Shown here piece after piece: positions 1 to 14,800 of a stretch of 64,000 nt of DNA. Each line of letters begins with the position of its first letter. The first letter of the stretch is position 1. The DNA is from Chrysomallon squamiferum (lineage: Eukaryota > Animalia > Mollusca): contig CM022679.1 in assembly GCA_012295275.1 (NCBI GenBank), forward strand, positions 4,650,001 to 4,714,000, in the 5' to 3' direction. The notes below the pieces were generated by a model that worked only from the letters and a program-made list of their open reading frames with translations, was not told the DNA's origin and searched no databases. The position numbers and the translations under genes were made by a program.

Positions 1-346
1 TACTTAGATTTCAAAGAATATATTGTGTGATATAATTATACTTGAGTAAAACATTTATGTTGTGTCTGTGTATATGTACGTTTATTTGTTGTGGCATTCT
101 AGTTTTACTTTTAATGTATTTTATTTGTATATATGTTGATCTCGACAAGACACATTACCTTAAAACGGTGTCTAACTATCGCTGTTTGAAAACATTATAG
201 ATAGGTATTTATGTATATATATATATATATCGCTGATTCGATTTTGAAAACATTATATATATATATATATATTTGTATACGTGTGACATAAGTATAATAT
301 TACATTTTCGAGAAATTATTACACGGGTTTTTTTTTTTTATTTCAG

Positions 347-1670
347 ACAAGCCTACGAGTGTTGTTCGTGGTGTAGAAATAGCAGCGTTTGTTGTTCACC
401 TAGCGACTGTGATAAACGTCTTGTTAAACTTGAAGTTCCCAGAAAGAAGTCCGAAGTCTATTGTAGTGCTTGGTGTCTTTACAGGTGATGCGTGTGCATG
501 TGCGTGAGCGTGTGCTCGTTCATGTGCATTGGCGAGTGTGTGCTTGAGTGTATATTTAACACTAATAAGTCTGCATCTTAGGATAAATTTTAAAATGAAT
601 AATTTATTGGCTTGTCATATGAGATTTGGCTTTCCATATGGGTAATACCAGCGGCGAATCCATTTGGTAATTTAAAGTTTCAATCCAATCTTTTGAGTTA
701 ACAGAAATAAATGTGGCAGCTGTGATTACCCGATACTATTTCACCTTTCACCTTGTGTTCATACACTTTGATATATTCACGGTTTTGATACTATTTCACC
801 TTTCACCTTGTATTCATACACTTTGATATATTCAAGGTTTTGATACTATTTCACCTTTCACCTTGTATTCCTACACTTTGATATATTCACGGTTTTGATA
901 CCATTTCACCGTTCGCCCTGTATTCATACACTTTGATATATTCAAGGTTTTGATACCATTTCACCTTTCACCTTGTATTCCTACACTTTGATATATTCAC
1001 GGTTTTGATACCATTTCACCTTTCACCCTGTATTCATACACTTTGATATATTCAGGGTTTCGCATACGAACCTCGGAGACACTGTCATTAACCCCCACCA
1101 TGAATCTAGAACCTCCCTAGCGAAATATTGAACACTGTTTACCTATAAGTGTTAAGCACACAGTAAGAGTGTGCGACCTTGCACGAGCTTACCCACTACG
1201 TTCGACCCAATTCTAAGTAAAGACTGTAGTGTCTTGTAAAATATGAGAAAATCAGTGAACGGGTGCGTAAATTGAGAAGTATTCTGAGTACGAAATAAAT
1301 ATGAAACATATACCTTGCTTAAATCACAACGTTTCATTTGAACATGAAAACAGACCCCAGTCTAACACAGAACAAACACGCGTTTGAATATACTGGACAG
1401 GTTTAACAATAATTTATAGTTTGAGATAAAAAAAAAAAAGCCATTCCAAATTTTCTACAGAGCAAAGGTAAATAAGTATGCACTAATATCTAGGCGATGA
1501 GTAATAAGAAAGCTAACTCGGTTCTTCACACACACAAATAAAAAAAAAACGAACTCCAGTTACACTAAAGAGTTACTTCCCTTCCATTGAATATAGTAGC
1601 TATGACGTGATTTATTTCATTTTATTCTATTCTGTTCTATTTTTTTTATTCTATTCTATTATTATTATTA

Positions 1671-1702
<32 letters not shown>

Positions 1703-2322
1703 GTTGTTTGTTTTGTTTTGTTTTTGTTGTTTTTTGGGGGGTTTGGTTAATTTTCTGTTTGATTGTTTCGAGGTTTTATTTATTTATATAATATTCGATT
1801 TTTGTTTCATTTATTTAATTTCACTTTCATAATTTTGAAATAAAAAAAAAAAAAAAATTTTTTTTTTATTTTTTTTTTTTTTTTTTTTTTGAGGATCCAT
1901 ATTTTTTTTAATTAATTTTCTTCTTCGTCTTCCTGTTATTATAATTTTTTTTTTTTTTTTTTTTTTTTTGTCTAGGTATAATCGGGTTAGTGGGAGAAGC
2001 TGTCTATGGAACATGGGGGATGGAAACAATATTACTCAGAGGAGAGTCAGATGATGACGTCAGCCAGCTGTCATGGTCGTTTTCTTTCGCGGTCATTGGT
2101 TCGAGCCTCGTTATCATCTTTTCCGTCATGGTCCTCATAGGTTTCCGCCATACCGCTAACGTAGAAGATGTCATAGTGAAGTCAAACGATAACGCACACG
2201 AACTTGAAGGACGAGAAAAGCACCCGGAATTTTACAGTCATGGAGGTGGTGAGAAAAAGCAGGAATTGCCTCTCTATCAGCCACAGTTTAAGCCAGACTA
2301 TGAACAGAAAGGAAAATATTAA
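347..2322 (+). CDS. Last two coding exons of a claudin/PMP22/EMP-like tetraspan membrane protein (5' part outside window)
   Basis: Exons 347-484 (KPTSVVRGVEIAAFVVHLATVINVLLNLKFPERSPKSIVVLGVFT) and 1976-2322 (GIIGLVGEAVYG...QLSWSFSFAVIGSSLVIIFSVMVLIGF...KGKY*) join in phase 1 with AG/GT sites. Three hydrophobic segments and an LSWSF motif before the last helix fit the PMP22/claudin superfamily. Confidence 0.7.
732..1060. repeat. Intronic minisatellite, 55-bp unit x6
   Basis: Unit GATACTATTTCACCTTTCACCTTGTRTTCATACACTTTGATATATTCACGGTTTT starts at 732, 787, 842, 897, 952, 1007. Confidence 0.95.
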
Positions 2323-2367
2323 GCTAGTACAATACTGTAGATCCGCGGATTGAATATCATGCCAACA

Positions 2368-2425
<58 letters not shown>

Positions 2426-2939
2426 TCATTTTACTTATATGTTATAATTAAACAGTGCTATTTTTCGTGATTCCTGAAAAATTTGTTTATGTATTGTTGT
2501 TTTATAATTAGCCAAAATCTGTCACTAGAAAACAATAATAATAAATATGGATAATGGTATAGTTTCAAGATTTTATATCACTCAAAACAAAAATAAAAGA
2601 ATGTGATCATTTTTATTTCAGTATAATTATATTAATATGGACGATGGTATAAATTAGATATGTTTATATCAATATAATAATAATGTTATGTTATGCTATA
2701 TAAGTTGCTTATGTATTTCATATAATTACATACGGTTCCCATCCATCTGATCTAATTTCACACCTAAATTTACCCCCAATGTGATCTAAATGAGACGATT
2801 AGATTTTCTAATTTTTAATGTTCATTCCACCGTGTGGATGATCCCAAGTTGTATTTTGTGCGTGCATGGGCACGTACAGATAAAGGTGATCAATTTCTGC
2901 AAGCTAAACATAGAAAGATAAACATCAAGAACAGGGAAT

Positions 2940-3325
2940 ATCTATGACGTCCTTTCTACTTATCACCACAACTGTTCCTACATATTTACACTCATGCGAT
3001 AGATCAAAGCACCATGTACCCTCTTGTCTACATTCTTCTTCTAAATAAGACTCAAGCTTGGTATGCGTCAGCCTTTCAACTCTTGACGATTGAAGACGAA
3101 AGAAATAATTTCAACCCAGATTTGCTGGATCGACTTTGAAAAAGCTGTCGCCAGTTCTGTGACGGCTGTGTTCTCCGTACAAAGAAGATGAGTAACAAGA
3201 GCCAAGGCCATAGCATTCGTTCTGTTGGTCCAGGCTGTGCTGAGAGTTCGCAGACAACTGCATAGCTTATTAAGTAACAAGTTCTTATATTCCCCAACGA
3301 GTTTGAAACGATGAAACAAGTATAA
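2940..3325 (+). mobile_element. Degenerate Mutator-like (MULE) DNA transposase fragment
   Basis: Translates as SPQLFLHIYTHAIDQSTMYPLVYILLLNKTQAWYASAFQLL...FNPDLL, then after a frameshift IDFEKAVASSVTAVFS...*...AKAIAFVLL. This matches the MULE core pattern (QLYT-H, PLVY-LL-NKT, DFE-A, ALAF-P). Contains a frameshift and stops. Confidence 0.75.
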
Positions 3326-4027
3326 TTATTCTGATATGCGACTGATATTTTATTTTCAGAATTTTTATACCATAATAAATATATCATATAATCGGATATA
3401 AGGGATGGTATCCATTAAATATTCATATTTAAGTATAATTATGTACAGCAATATTTAAAGGTGATGGTATTTGGAGTATAGCATTTTCAGCTCCTATTTT
3501 AAACTCTAATAAATATTTTAAAATATCGTTCTTTTTGCGCTGTTCTTTTATTAAAATAAAATTTAAAGTTATTTTAATACACACGTTTTAGATTTATTCA
3601 CACACACACGCACATACACAAACACACATACAAACGCACAGCCAATTTTATTATTTATTCATTACACATTATCCATATAGAACAAAAATAAAATAACTAT
3701 TCTTTAAAATAAATAAACAAATAAATAAATAAACAAACAAATAAATAATATGATAATAATAATAATTAAAAAACATAATATATAAATAAATATTGGTTCG
3801 CGAACCAATGGAGGAATTATCGAAAAAGAAATTTTTATAACATTGAAAAGTGTGTGATTTAATTTTTGTTTCAGAAAATGATAATTATAATATAAAAGAA
3901 ACAAATAAATATAATACTAATTTTTAAAATATTTTAATTTATTTTATTTCATAAATTCTTAAATAAAATTACGGAAGAGTTAAATTGAGTATAGTTTTTG
4001 TTTGTTACAAGCGGCAGTGAGTTAGCT

Positions 4028-7000
4028 ATGGATGTCACCAAAAGCAGTATGTAATGTTTATTCTAAAACTAATTTGGAATTAATTTGTTTTATTTCTTTA
4101 CGAACCGATATTCACTTGCAGAATAAGTGCATTTACCTAATTAAGTAATAGTTCATATTAAGTTGGTTTTATTTTATCATTCAGAAAAACAAAAATGGCA
4201 GAATTTTTCGCGCACAATTTGAACGATGATATTTCCATGAATTATTGAAATGTTACGAATGTATCACTGAACGTTAACATCATTCATTGGGGTTTTTTAT
4301 GAGTTAATAAATTATCATCTGAATCGCTGTGTCTGTCTTTTCTCACAATTTATACTAAAATAATTAATTAAATGTGGTTGTTTTCCAATTTTGTTTTTCT
4401 GCTTTCATTTTTACTATGAGATATTAAAATTGTGTTAGATGTATATAACACATCGCTAATTATGCAGTTTAGGTCTGTATCATCTTAGAATCACATAAAT
4501 ATTGAAATTCAATAATTTTCACTTTGGGAAAAAAATACAAATGGAAATATGTAGCTGCTTGCTAAACAGTGTTAGGAGTGTACGCTTTCGTCTTTGTCAT
4601 TCTGAGTGAGCTTAGAAGTTATTAATTAGATATATGACAATATCTTATATTTGATTTATATCCATTAGATACAGAACAAGAAATGTTACAAAGGCTAAGC
4701 TAACTTAATTCACACAAACTGACAGTGACAGACAGTACAGTTAGCAGCTACTTACCATTTGTATTTGTTTCCAAAGCCCAAAGTCACGAAAGTGAAAATT
4801 ATTTGCATTTAAATATTTATGTGATGTCAATAACTAAATAAGATTGATTTTGAAAATATTTTTTACATCTCATTTCAGCCTGAAAAAAATAGTACCTTCA
4901 TTTGATTTTGGAAATTGATCAGTTTTGAAATTCATAATATATATATTCTATTATTATTAATTGTAAAATTTATATTCATTTAATAAAATAACTGCATCAA
5001 AGTATTTGATGTTTTGAAAAAGATTTGTTTTTAACCCTTTTGTTGTTATTATACTTCATATATATATATATGTTGTTTTCATTATTATTTTAACACATTT
5101 TCAAATACGATATATCACAGAATTTGTAAGGCACAAACCTGTCATAATGGGAACTATTAGGATACTTGTTTTAACATTGTAGGATACATTTTTTTTTTTT
5201 TAAACTTGTAAATTTTTCTCATAAATTATGCTCCTCATGTGAAATATGTTTGTTAATTGTACAAAATGTTTTCAAATTTTAGATTTTACTTCTGTCATCA
5301 GTGAAGTTGCAGATGCAATAGAAGAGGCCGACTTTTTAGCCATTGATGGAGAATTTACAGGTTTGTATAAAATTTCACTAAATAGTTTATGAGATTATGT
5401 TTTTATGTTATCAGTAATAGGAGTACATGTATAAATATAAGTGTGTGTCACTGTGTATGCGTTAAAAATATGTACATTAATAAATGATATTAAGAAACTG
5501 GTATAGATCGTACAAGAAGATGGAAAAAATTTTTTTTTTTCTTTATTTTGTGTGTGTGAATTTCTTGGGGAGGTTTTTTGTTTTTTTTTGTTGTTTTATA
5601 TGCATTTTGTGTTTTTCCCCATGTGTATCAGGCATATTCTTGTTGTTTGTAAGATAAATATTTTATTTTTTAGTTATTTATTTTTTATTTTTTTGTAGGT
5701 TTAGAAGTTCCACAAGCAGGTCGTGTTACTTTCTATGACACACCAGAAGAACGTTACCAGAAACTGAAGAAGGTTGATTGTTTTAATTATTATAATTAAT
5801 TGGTTTAATTTATTATTATTTTATTTTTATTTTTAACTGTGATCATTTTCATTTCTTTTTTAAACTGGTTCATTATAATTTTTGCTTTTATTTTCAAATT
5901 TAGTTATCCTTGAATAATTTTCATTCTTTATAAAATAGTTATATAAGATATATTATATCTTAGGAATAAACAGAGAAATTCTGTATAACTATATGAACCT
6001 TCAACAAGAATATGTGGTTGTTTTTACAGCAAGATGGTATCTGTACTTACATATAATAACAACATTTTAATGAATTTAATAAATAATTTTAAAATATTGA
6101 ATATTTAGTCTTTTTTGTTTTCAGGGATCTATGGACTTTCTCCTTATCCAGTTTGGCCTGGCAGCTTTTACATACAATGACATAACAAAGTCGTAAGTAC
6201 ATTACTGATAGAAACATACTTAATGTGTCACCTAAATATTTTTTATGACTTCTTTGAAACAAGAAATAAACCTGTGCTGATAATAAATAATGACAGAATA
6301 ATAAGCACACTGGCTGACATTTTTTTTAATTTTTTTTTAATTATTACATCATTTAACATCTGAATTGTCAAAACAAACCCATCAAAATCTTTACTGAACT
6401 TAGTATATCTTTAGTGTTTCTGAGATTTTGAATATTTCTCTACACAAAATGACAACATTTGGACAAGAAAAGAAAAAAGATAGTATTAACTTCTGTGCAT
6501 CTTCTTAGTTAATAAAACTAATAAGTTATTACAGACTTTAAAACGCATAGTAAATGTTAATACATAAGCATGTTAAAAGTACAAAGACTGAAGTTATTAA
6601 TATGATTATATTTTTGAGATAACTCAAAAGACTCAAAGAGCCTCTTTAACAATAATACATACTGTTTACATACTGCTGCTTTTGATGCAGTTAGTCTATG
6701 GAATTACAGCAGTTCCTTTTTTAATAATCGTTATAGAAAAATTATATGTAATATCTGATGTGAATTTCAAAATGGTTGAGGAATGGTTAAATATTCATTA
6801 ATTCTTTAAAGTATACAATATTATCATAATTATTAAATTTTATTTAAAATTTCAATTTGTTCATGAAGCATTTTTAAAATGTTTTCTAAAACTTTTTTAT
6901 TTTAGTTATAGAGCCAAGTTATTCAACTTTTATATCTTCCCAAGACCATACACAAGACAGGCTCCTGATAGGAGATTTTTATGTCAGGTGAGATAATTTA

Positions 7001-8789
7001 CAAAATTCTTCATTGAATATTGTTAAATATCATGCAAAATTATAAAGAAATATCAGATTTTTATTTTTGACAGAGTAACAAATGATGTGAGACTGAAAAC
7101 TGTCATGTGAAAATATTAAAAACAGCACAGTCAGCCCTGAGAACTAATCTAGTAAATTAAACAAGATTTTGTTGTAATTGTTTTTATCACCAGTGTTGTA
7201 TGTTATACTTGATTCAAATGTGCATTAACTAAAACAGTTTAGCTTATTTTATGATATTCAGTTTTGCTGAACCGATACTTTTAATAATTAATTTAGCTTC
7301 CTAGTAAAATATATCTATTTGTATTATTTCATTCATATCAACTTTTCCTTTTTAATTTTTTTTTTATCTTTTGACATAATTAAAACTGAATTCATTTATT
7401 TGATATTTAAAAGTGGAAAATCAAATTCTGCAATAACATATATTTTTTGTTTATTTCATTTAATTTTTTTATTTGTATTTTTTATTTTTATATATATTCT
7501 TTTTTCACTTATTATTTTTACTTATTTTATTTTTTTCAGAGTTCCAGTATTGATTTCCTAGCATCTCAAGGCTTTGATTTCAACAAACTTTTCAGAGAAG
7601 GTTAAATACACTTAAAGTGTTTTAACATATTTTTATTTAAATAGTTAATAACCATTTGCACTTAAATGCATCAACAAAATTCAGTAAATTCATAAAATGC
7701 ATGCATACACATTTTTAAATATGCAGTTAAGAAAGGAAAACTTAAAATAAGGCAGTTTAAAGTAAGTGAAAACATTCTGAAACCAGAGCAAAGAACTCTT
7801 AACTTGACAGACAAAATTTAATTTTTAACAGTGATGGGCATATGTAATTTTATAAATTAAGTATGGGCTATGATGCTTAACTGTTTGTGCTAGAGTTTCC
7901 AAATTTGGAATGTATATATTTAAAAACATCCACTACAAAATGACAGAACAAAAATCTTGGAAAAATTAACTGTTCTTTTCATAAATATAACCTTTTTACA
8001 ACTTTCTGTTGGTTCAAAATACAAATGAAAAACATTTTTTATTTTTATTTTTTATTTTTATTTTTTTAAATTATTTCTTTCCAGATATATAGACAAAGAG
8101 AACTTTTTTTCAGTTATTTTGTAGAAATAAATGTCTATTATGAATCTGATCAGTTTGAATAATATGTATATATTAGTTTGGGTTAGAGAATGATATCCCA
8201 TAATATTTTTTAAAAAAGTAAAAAATAAAAGTAACCAGTTGTCATGAAAAAATAAACTAGTACTATTTTTTTGTAGTAACAAAAGGGGATTATTTCCATC
8301 AAATTTCAATTCTGTAAATTAAAAAAAAAAAATAACATCTTTTTATTTTTGTCAGACATTGTAAAAATAGAAAAACAAATTCTATATAAAAGCATAATAA
8401 AGTTTTTAGCTTCTGCTGCATCCCAGGTATTCCCTATTTAACTCTGGCTCAAGAAACGGCGCTGAAGGAAACTATAGAAAGCAAACACAAAGACTATAAC
8501 CAGTTCTCATCCCCAGCCTACATGAGTCCATTCGGAGCAGACCCTGGTCCAAGCAAAGGACCTGTCTGTGTGCCGGACGAACACAAGGACTTCATCACAG
8601 ATATGAGGTCATTTTCTTCTCACGTTCTCCAACTTAATTTTCTAATTATTATTCTCATTGCTGTTATTATTTGTTCTAGTAGTAAGTATGTATGTATGTA
8701 TTATTATTATTATAGTTGATATAACCTTTATCATTAATGTCATTTAGTAGTAGTAGTAGTAGTGATAATAATAGAAGTATTTATTATTC

Positions 8790-8845
<56 letters not shown>

Positions 8846-11800
8846 AAAAATTATGAATTTGATGAGATTTGATTACTTGATATATATATATATTTTGCAG
8901 ATTTTGCTACTGATTAAATACAGGTTGTTAACATTATTTTGTTAAACAGTGTGTGTCAAAGTGACAGTGTGAATTATTTCCCACTTTATGACTGCTTATC
9001 TCTCTATCTACTGTTTATTTAACCTTTGTTATTCGATTTTTTTAAACAGTAACAAGATTACCAAGTTTCTAGAACAGGATTCTGAAGAAACACTGAAGCT
9101 GCCATCTTGTAACGGCTATTTGAGAAAACTCATCTACCAGACCATCAGACTCAAGTAAGACATTCATTTAGACTGTTCCTTGAATAAAACCTCTCTTTTT
9201 CATAAATCATGTTAGCTGTCATGTATATGTTTTTGACCAGAGATAGAAGCTGCTATTTTTGTTATATATTTTTCATTGCAAATAAACAGTGAAGTCTCAT
9301 TTGTGGTTAGTCAGTGAAATATATTAGTAATAAAACCTGCTGTTACCATTATACATATTTACATGTTTACCTAGCAAACAAAAATACTGTGGTAACCTTG
9401 ATTTACAAGTTTAATTTGTTACGTGACCGAGCTCATAACTCAATTTGCTCTTATATATCAAATCAGTTTTCCCAATAGAAATGAATAGAAACACCAATAA
9501 TCCATTCCAGCCCCCACAAAACCACCCCATGTTTTTGTAACATGTATATAAATAAGATTTTTTTATTTATTTTTTTTTATTTTTTTTTTTTTTTTTTTTT
9601 TTTTTTTCCCACTTTCTCTCACAATTGTAGACATTCGTCATCTGTCCACTTGGAGACCAAATCTGGGGATAACAAAGAAAGGTTTATTGTTGTTACAAAG
9701 GTCAAAGGTGAAGATGATATGAAAGTAAAAGAACAAGCCAAACAAGCTGCTGAGATGGTAAATTAACAATTGTAAAACATCTTTTATCATCTTGAACAGT
9801 TTAATATTACTGTCACATTCATAAACTGTTTATTCATAATCAAACACTGAAAATGTCAGTCTGTCTGTTATTCTAACTCCTTCCTTCCTTCTGTAAGTTT
9901 TCTTTTTATCCATCCATATCATTTTAGTTTCTATCCATGAAAGAAAAACTATGTAATTTATTTTGTATGTGTATTTATAAATGTTTTAAATATTCCTTTC
10001 TCCATATTTATTTATTTGTTTGTTTGTTTATTTAAGGAAGAACTTGATGATGCTGTTGGTTTCTGCAAAGTTACTAGACTTTTATCTCAGTCGGTATGTG
10101 AAATAGATATATCTAAATAATGTAAATATATATATATATGCTTATAGGGACACACATACAGATACATTTCATTACTTCACTCCTCATATTTTTGACAGTA
10201 AATGTTGTATATTTTTCTGTATCACAAAGAACATTAAATGTATCAATATTTTGTTGGAAATAGAATTATCCATAATGTCAATGACGTTTCCAATGTATTG
10301 CCATCTTTTCTTTCATAGTAACTTCTTTGTCTTATTAAGTTGTACCACTTTTAATTGTTTAACAATGCATTTACTTTTTGTTATGTAATGGTGTATTACT
10401 CTTTGTTACATTATGTTTTGTTTTTATAGCTTGCTGTTTTTTCGGATGTTTCAAAAAAAAAAAAATTATTATATACTGTAGAAATTTCTGTTTCAGGGAA
10501 AACTCATTGTGGGTCACAATATGTTACTTGATGTGATGCATTTAATCAACCAGTTCTGTTTTCATCTACCAAAGGTATTTATTTATATTTTCATAAAATT
10601 ACTCTTTCTGTTTAATAGTTTTGTAATGAGCAACCAACACTGTTTGTTTACTTTTCCTGACCATGTTAAAATATTTACTAATATCACATTATACATTGTT
10701 CTGAAAAAGATGTAAAATAAAATACTTTGGGGTTACATATAACTTGAAATGAGTAGAGGATAACTTACAACACAGCCAGCCATAAAAGCAGGTTTGAATC
10801 TGTATAATCTGCTAAGATGTTGACAGTGAACAGTAGATACATGAAATTATTTGTGACGTTAATCATGAAATTATTTGTGATGTTAATCATGTCATATGGA
10901 TTCCATTTAAATCAGTAATAAATTTTATTGTATTTTTATTTCTCTTCTTTTCTTTTCTTCACTTCTTGATCTTGGATATTTGTTCTGTTCCCATACTTGA
11001 CCATTACTAATATTTAATGTAAAGAATTTACTGAATACAGTTTGCCAGCTTGCAAACAATATATACCTGATATAGTCAGTATTTATTTATATATAACAGT
11101 ATGTAGCCAGATATAAAAAATGTATTGATTTTATAAGCATATAAAACCAAAAATATTTAACTTGTTTTCTTTCTTTGCAAGTATTATCACAACTTTTCTT
11201 GACATTTCAGGAATATGATGAATTTAAATCCCTTACTAGGTGTATTTTTCCCAGGTTAGTCTGTATTTTAATCATTTCTGTTTCTTTGTCAACCTTCATG
11301 ATACAGTATATTCAGATAACATAAAACTTGTAATGACACAAATAAGTATTTTTTACATTAGTTCATTTTGTAAGAGTTATCTGTATCAGTGTTTAAACAT
11401 AAAGAAAGACAGATAATTAAGACATTAATGAAACACTCCATATCAAATTAGGTTATCAAAAATCAAACAAGATCTTGTCTTTCTTTGCAAGTATTATCAC
11501 AATTGGTATTATAACACTAACTGGGTAACTGAAACAAAAAAGGAGAAAATAACTAAATATATCGGATATTTGCTACTAATACGGTAATAATTTTTTTTTT
11601 TAAATAGAATTATGTTTTTATTTTCAGATTGCTAGATACCAAACTAATGGCAACAACAAACCCTTTTAAGGTATTTTAACAATCTAAAATAACATGCACT
11701 TGGGGAATATTTCAAATTCCAACCTCTATCTCATTGTTGTATCAAAAGCCAAAACAGTTTCTTTAATAAGAAACTGCATACAAAATGTCATGATATAATA

Positions 11801-14800
11801 AATAATGAGTCATGATACCACAGAAAGGTTCTATGAGATTTCCAGTACAAATTCATGTTTTTGTCACTGATACCTATTTTTATTTCCATTTCTTGATATT
11901 TTAAACTCCTGTATTATAATAATTTGTCTGACTATTGCTTAATATTTAGAAATTTAGATATTTTCAGTCTGTTTTATTTATTTTATTTTATTCTATTATT
12001 TTGTTATTATTAATTTTATTTTTTATTATTATTTTTTTTTTTTGGATAAACATTGTTATTACTATAATTCTGTTTTATTCTCTTCTCCAGGATCATATTC
12101 ACAATTCAACACTGGGTGATCTGAAGAAAATTCTGGAATATCATCCCTTTACAAAGCCCAAGGTTGGTATGTATATGAATCTACATCTTATATTGTTTTT
12201 GAACTTACATTGTTTCTCTCTCTGTCTCTGATGTTTCAAGTGTACAAGAGCTATATAGGAATTGTTCTATCATCCATTTGTCTCAGTATTTAAAACTTGT
12301 GTTCTGGCTTATTTTTCAAAATATTTGTTTTATTGCCTTCTTTGTTAGAATTGGAATCTTTCTGTTTATCAGAAAAGCCAGGAGTTTAGCATTAGCCTTT
12401 TTTCCTTTTACACTAACATTCAATAATGAGTGTTATTCATTATCCTTTAATCCAAAAATGAATTTTGATATTTAAAAACTAAAACTCATCCATTGCAATA
12501 TCCAAGCACTGCTTTCTTCTTTTTATTTTTTTTCCTTTTTTTTTTTTTTTTTTTTTTAATCTCAATTTTTTAGATCTGCCAGAAGAGTTTTCTCGGTACA
12601 GTGGAGAAGCCCAGCTGCATGAAGCAGGATATGATGCGTTCATCACTGGCATCTGTTTCATTTCCATGTCTAATTACCTAGGTTTGTTTCATTTCCATGT
12701 CTAATTATTGAGGTTTGTTTCATTTCCATGTCTAATTATCTAGGTTTGTTTCATTTCCATGTCTAATTATCTAGGTTTGTTTCATTTCCATGTTTAATTA
12801 TCTAGGTTGGTTTCATTTCCATGTCTAATTACCTAGGTTTTTTTCATTTCCATGTCTATCTAGGTTTATTTCTTATTTTATCTAGGATTGTTTTATTTTT
12901 CAGTTTGGATTTTTAATTTTCAAATTAATTATCTAGGTTTGTTGTTGATCTCTTTTTTTTAAATTATTTTGGGGTTTTCTTTTTTTTTTTTAGTAATTTT
13001 TTTTTTTTTTTTTTATTTGTTATTTATTTATTTCAATGGGGTGGGGATTGTTTATTGTTTACATAATTTTCAAATTTTTGGTAAGGAGTTTCATCTTGTA
13101 TTTTATTATTATTATTTTTTTAATGATGATTATTATTATAGCTGTTATTGTTGTTGTTGTTGTTGTTGTTGATGATGTTTTTATGAAGTTTTGTGTTATA
13201 ACTGCAGGAACTTTTCAGAGTCCAACACAAGAATATGTCTCTCCTTCATCACGTCTCATAGAGCCTTTTGTAAACAAGTAAGTGTGAGACTTCATCAACC
13301 AGTTAGTAATAATAAGTACACTCTGTTTTGTATATTTTATTTTATTTTATTTTATTCTATTTTCATTTCACAAGGCTTGTTTCTTATTTTTTTTACTGTG
13401 AAGTGATATGAAAAAAAACCTAAGTATTTTATAAACTTCAGAATGAATCTCTTACCTTCTACAATCAAGTTTTTACTAACTGTAGAGAATGAAAATTGAA
13501 TAGCAAGGTGAATAAATCGAAGGCTACCAGTCTTATATAAGTTTCAACGTACTCAGTGTTTCTTATAAAATATATTTTGATATTTATATACAAAGTGTGA
13601 CATTTAAACATAAGAATTTTTAAAGTTAATTACTGATTTGTGTTTCCCTGTGTTTGTCATTATCAGTGTTAAAAACTGGCAAGATTAACATTATTTATAA
13701 TTTTATTTGCAGACTCTATTTGATGCGTGTTTCAGATGTTCCGTACATAAATCTTAATGGATCAGACAGTAAGTTGTGTTTTCTGGGTTTTTTTGTTGAT
13801 GTTGTATTTTATTAATGTTGTTATCTCAGTTTGTTTAGTTTTAAGGGTTTGTTTAGGTGATGTCTAATATTTCTTTTTGTTTTGTTTTTTGGGGGTGGTA
13901 TTTTTGTTTTATTTTATATATTTTTATTTTTTTAATTTATTATATATTAGGTGTCTTCATTTTTCTTTCAATTTTTCTTTTCTTTCATTTTTTTTTTATG
14001 TTATTCTTTATTATTTCTTTATGAATATTGCTAATCTAATATTAAGAAAGACATTACTGTATATTTTATGAGACACCTCTAGTTATTATTTTATCTTTTC
14101 TTTTGTTTAATTTTGTAATTTTGTTGAAAATAAACAAAATTTATTTGAGGATCTGAATTTATTTTTGTTTTTTATATTTGTGTGTAAATCTCAGTATGTG
14201 TTGTTGTGTAAACAAAGAGACAAAAAACCTTTAAATTAAATTTTATTCTTTTTTTTATGAAAACCAGAACAAATCTTAATTTAAAAAAAAAAGATACTAG
14301 AAATTCTGTTTATGTGTAAACATCTGTCTAGAATTTAGTATTTTTATTATTATTATTGTCAGAGATGAGACAAATTATACAATGAAAAAACTTCTCTAAA
14401 AATTAAATTAATTTGTATTTCTAATTAATTGATGTTGACTGCTTTACATTAGAGAAAGAATAAAAGAAAAGATGGAAAACAGAAAAAAAAGGGATAATTT
14501 AATGTTTTGCTGAGAACGTATGACTTTTTTTCATGAAATACAATTTATATCATTTAAATCAAGGTTTAAGTTCATTAAAACACTTGTTTTGTTTTCAGTA
14601 CAAGCAAGTAGAGATCATGTCTTTCATCTTACATTTCCCAAAGACTGGAAAACATCAGACATCCATCAGCTGTTTTCTCCATATGGTAAATAATATTTAG
14701 TTGAGATTTACTTTGAGTGTGTGCAATTCAAACAACACTATACGAATGTGAATAGAAAACTGTTTGTACTTGTTTGAATTTTTAAACTGTTACTTCTACT

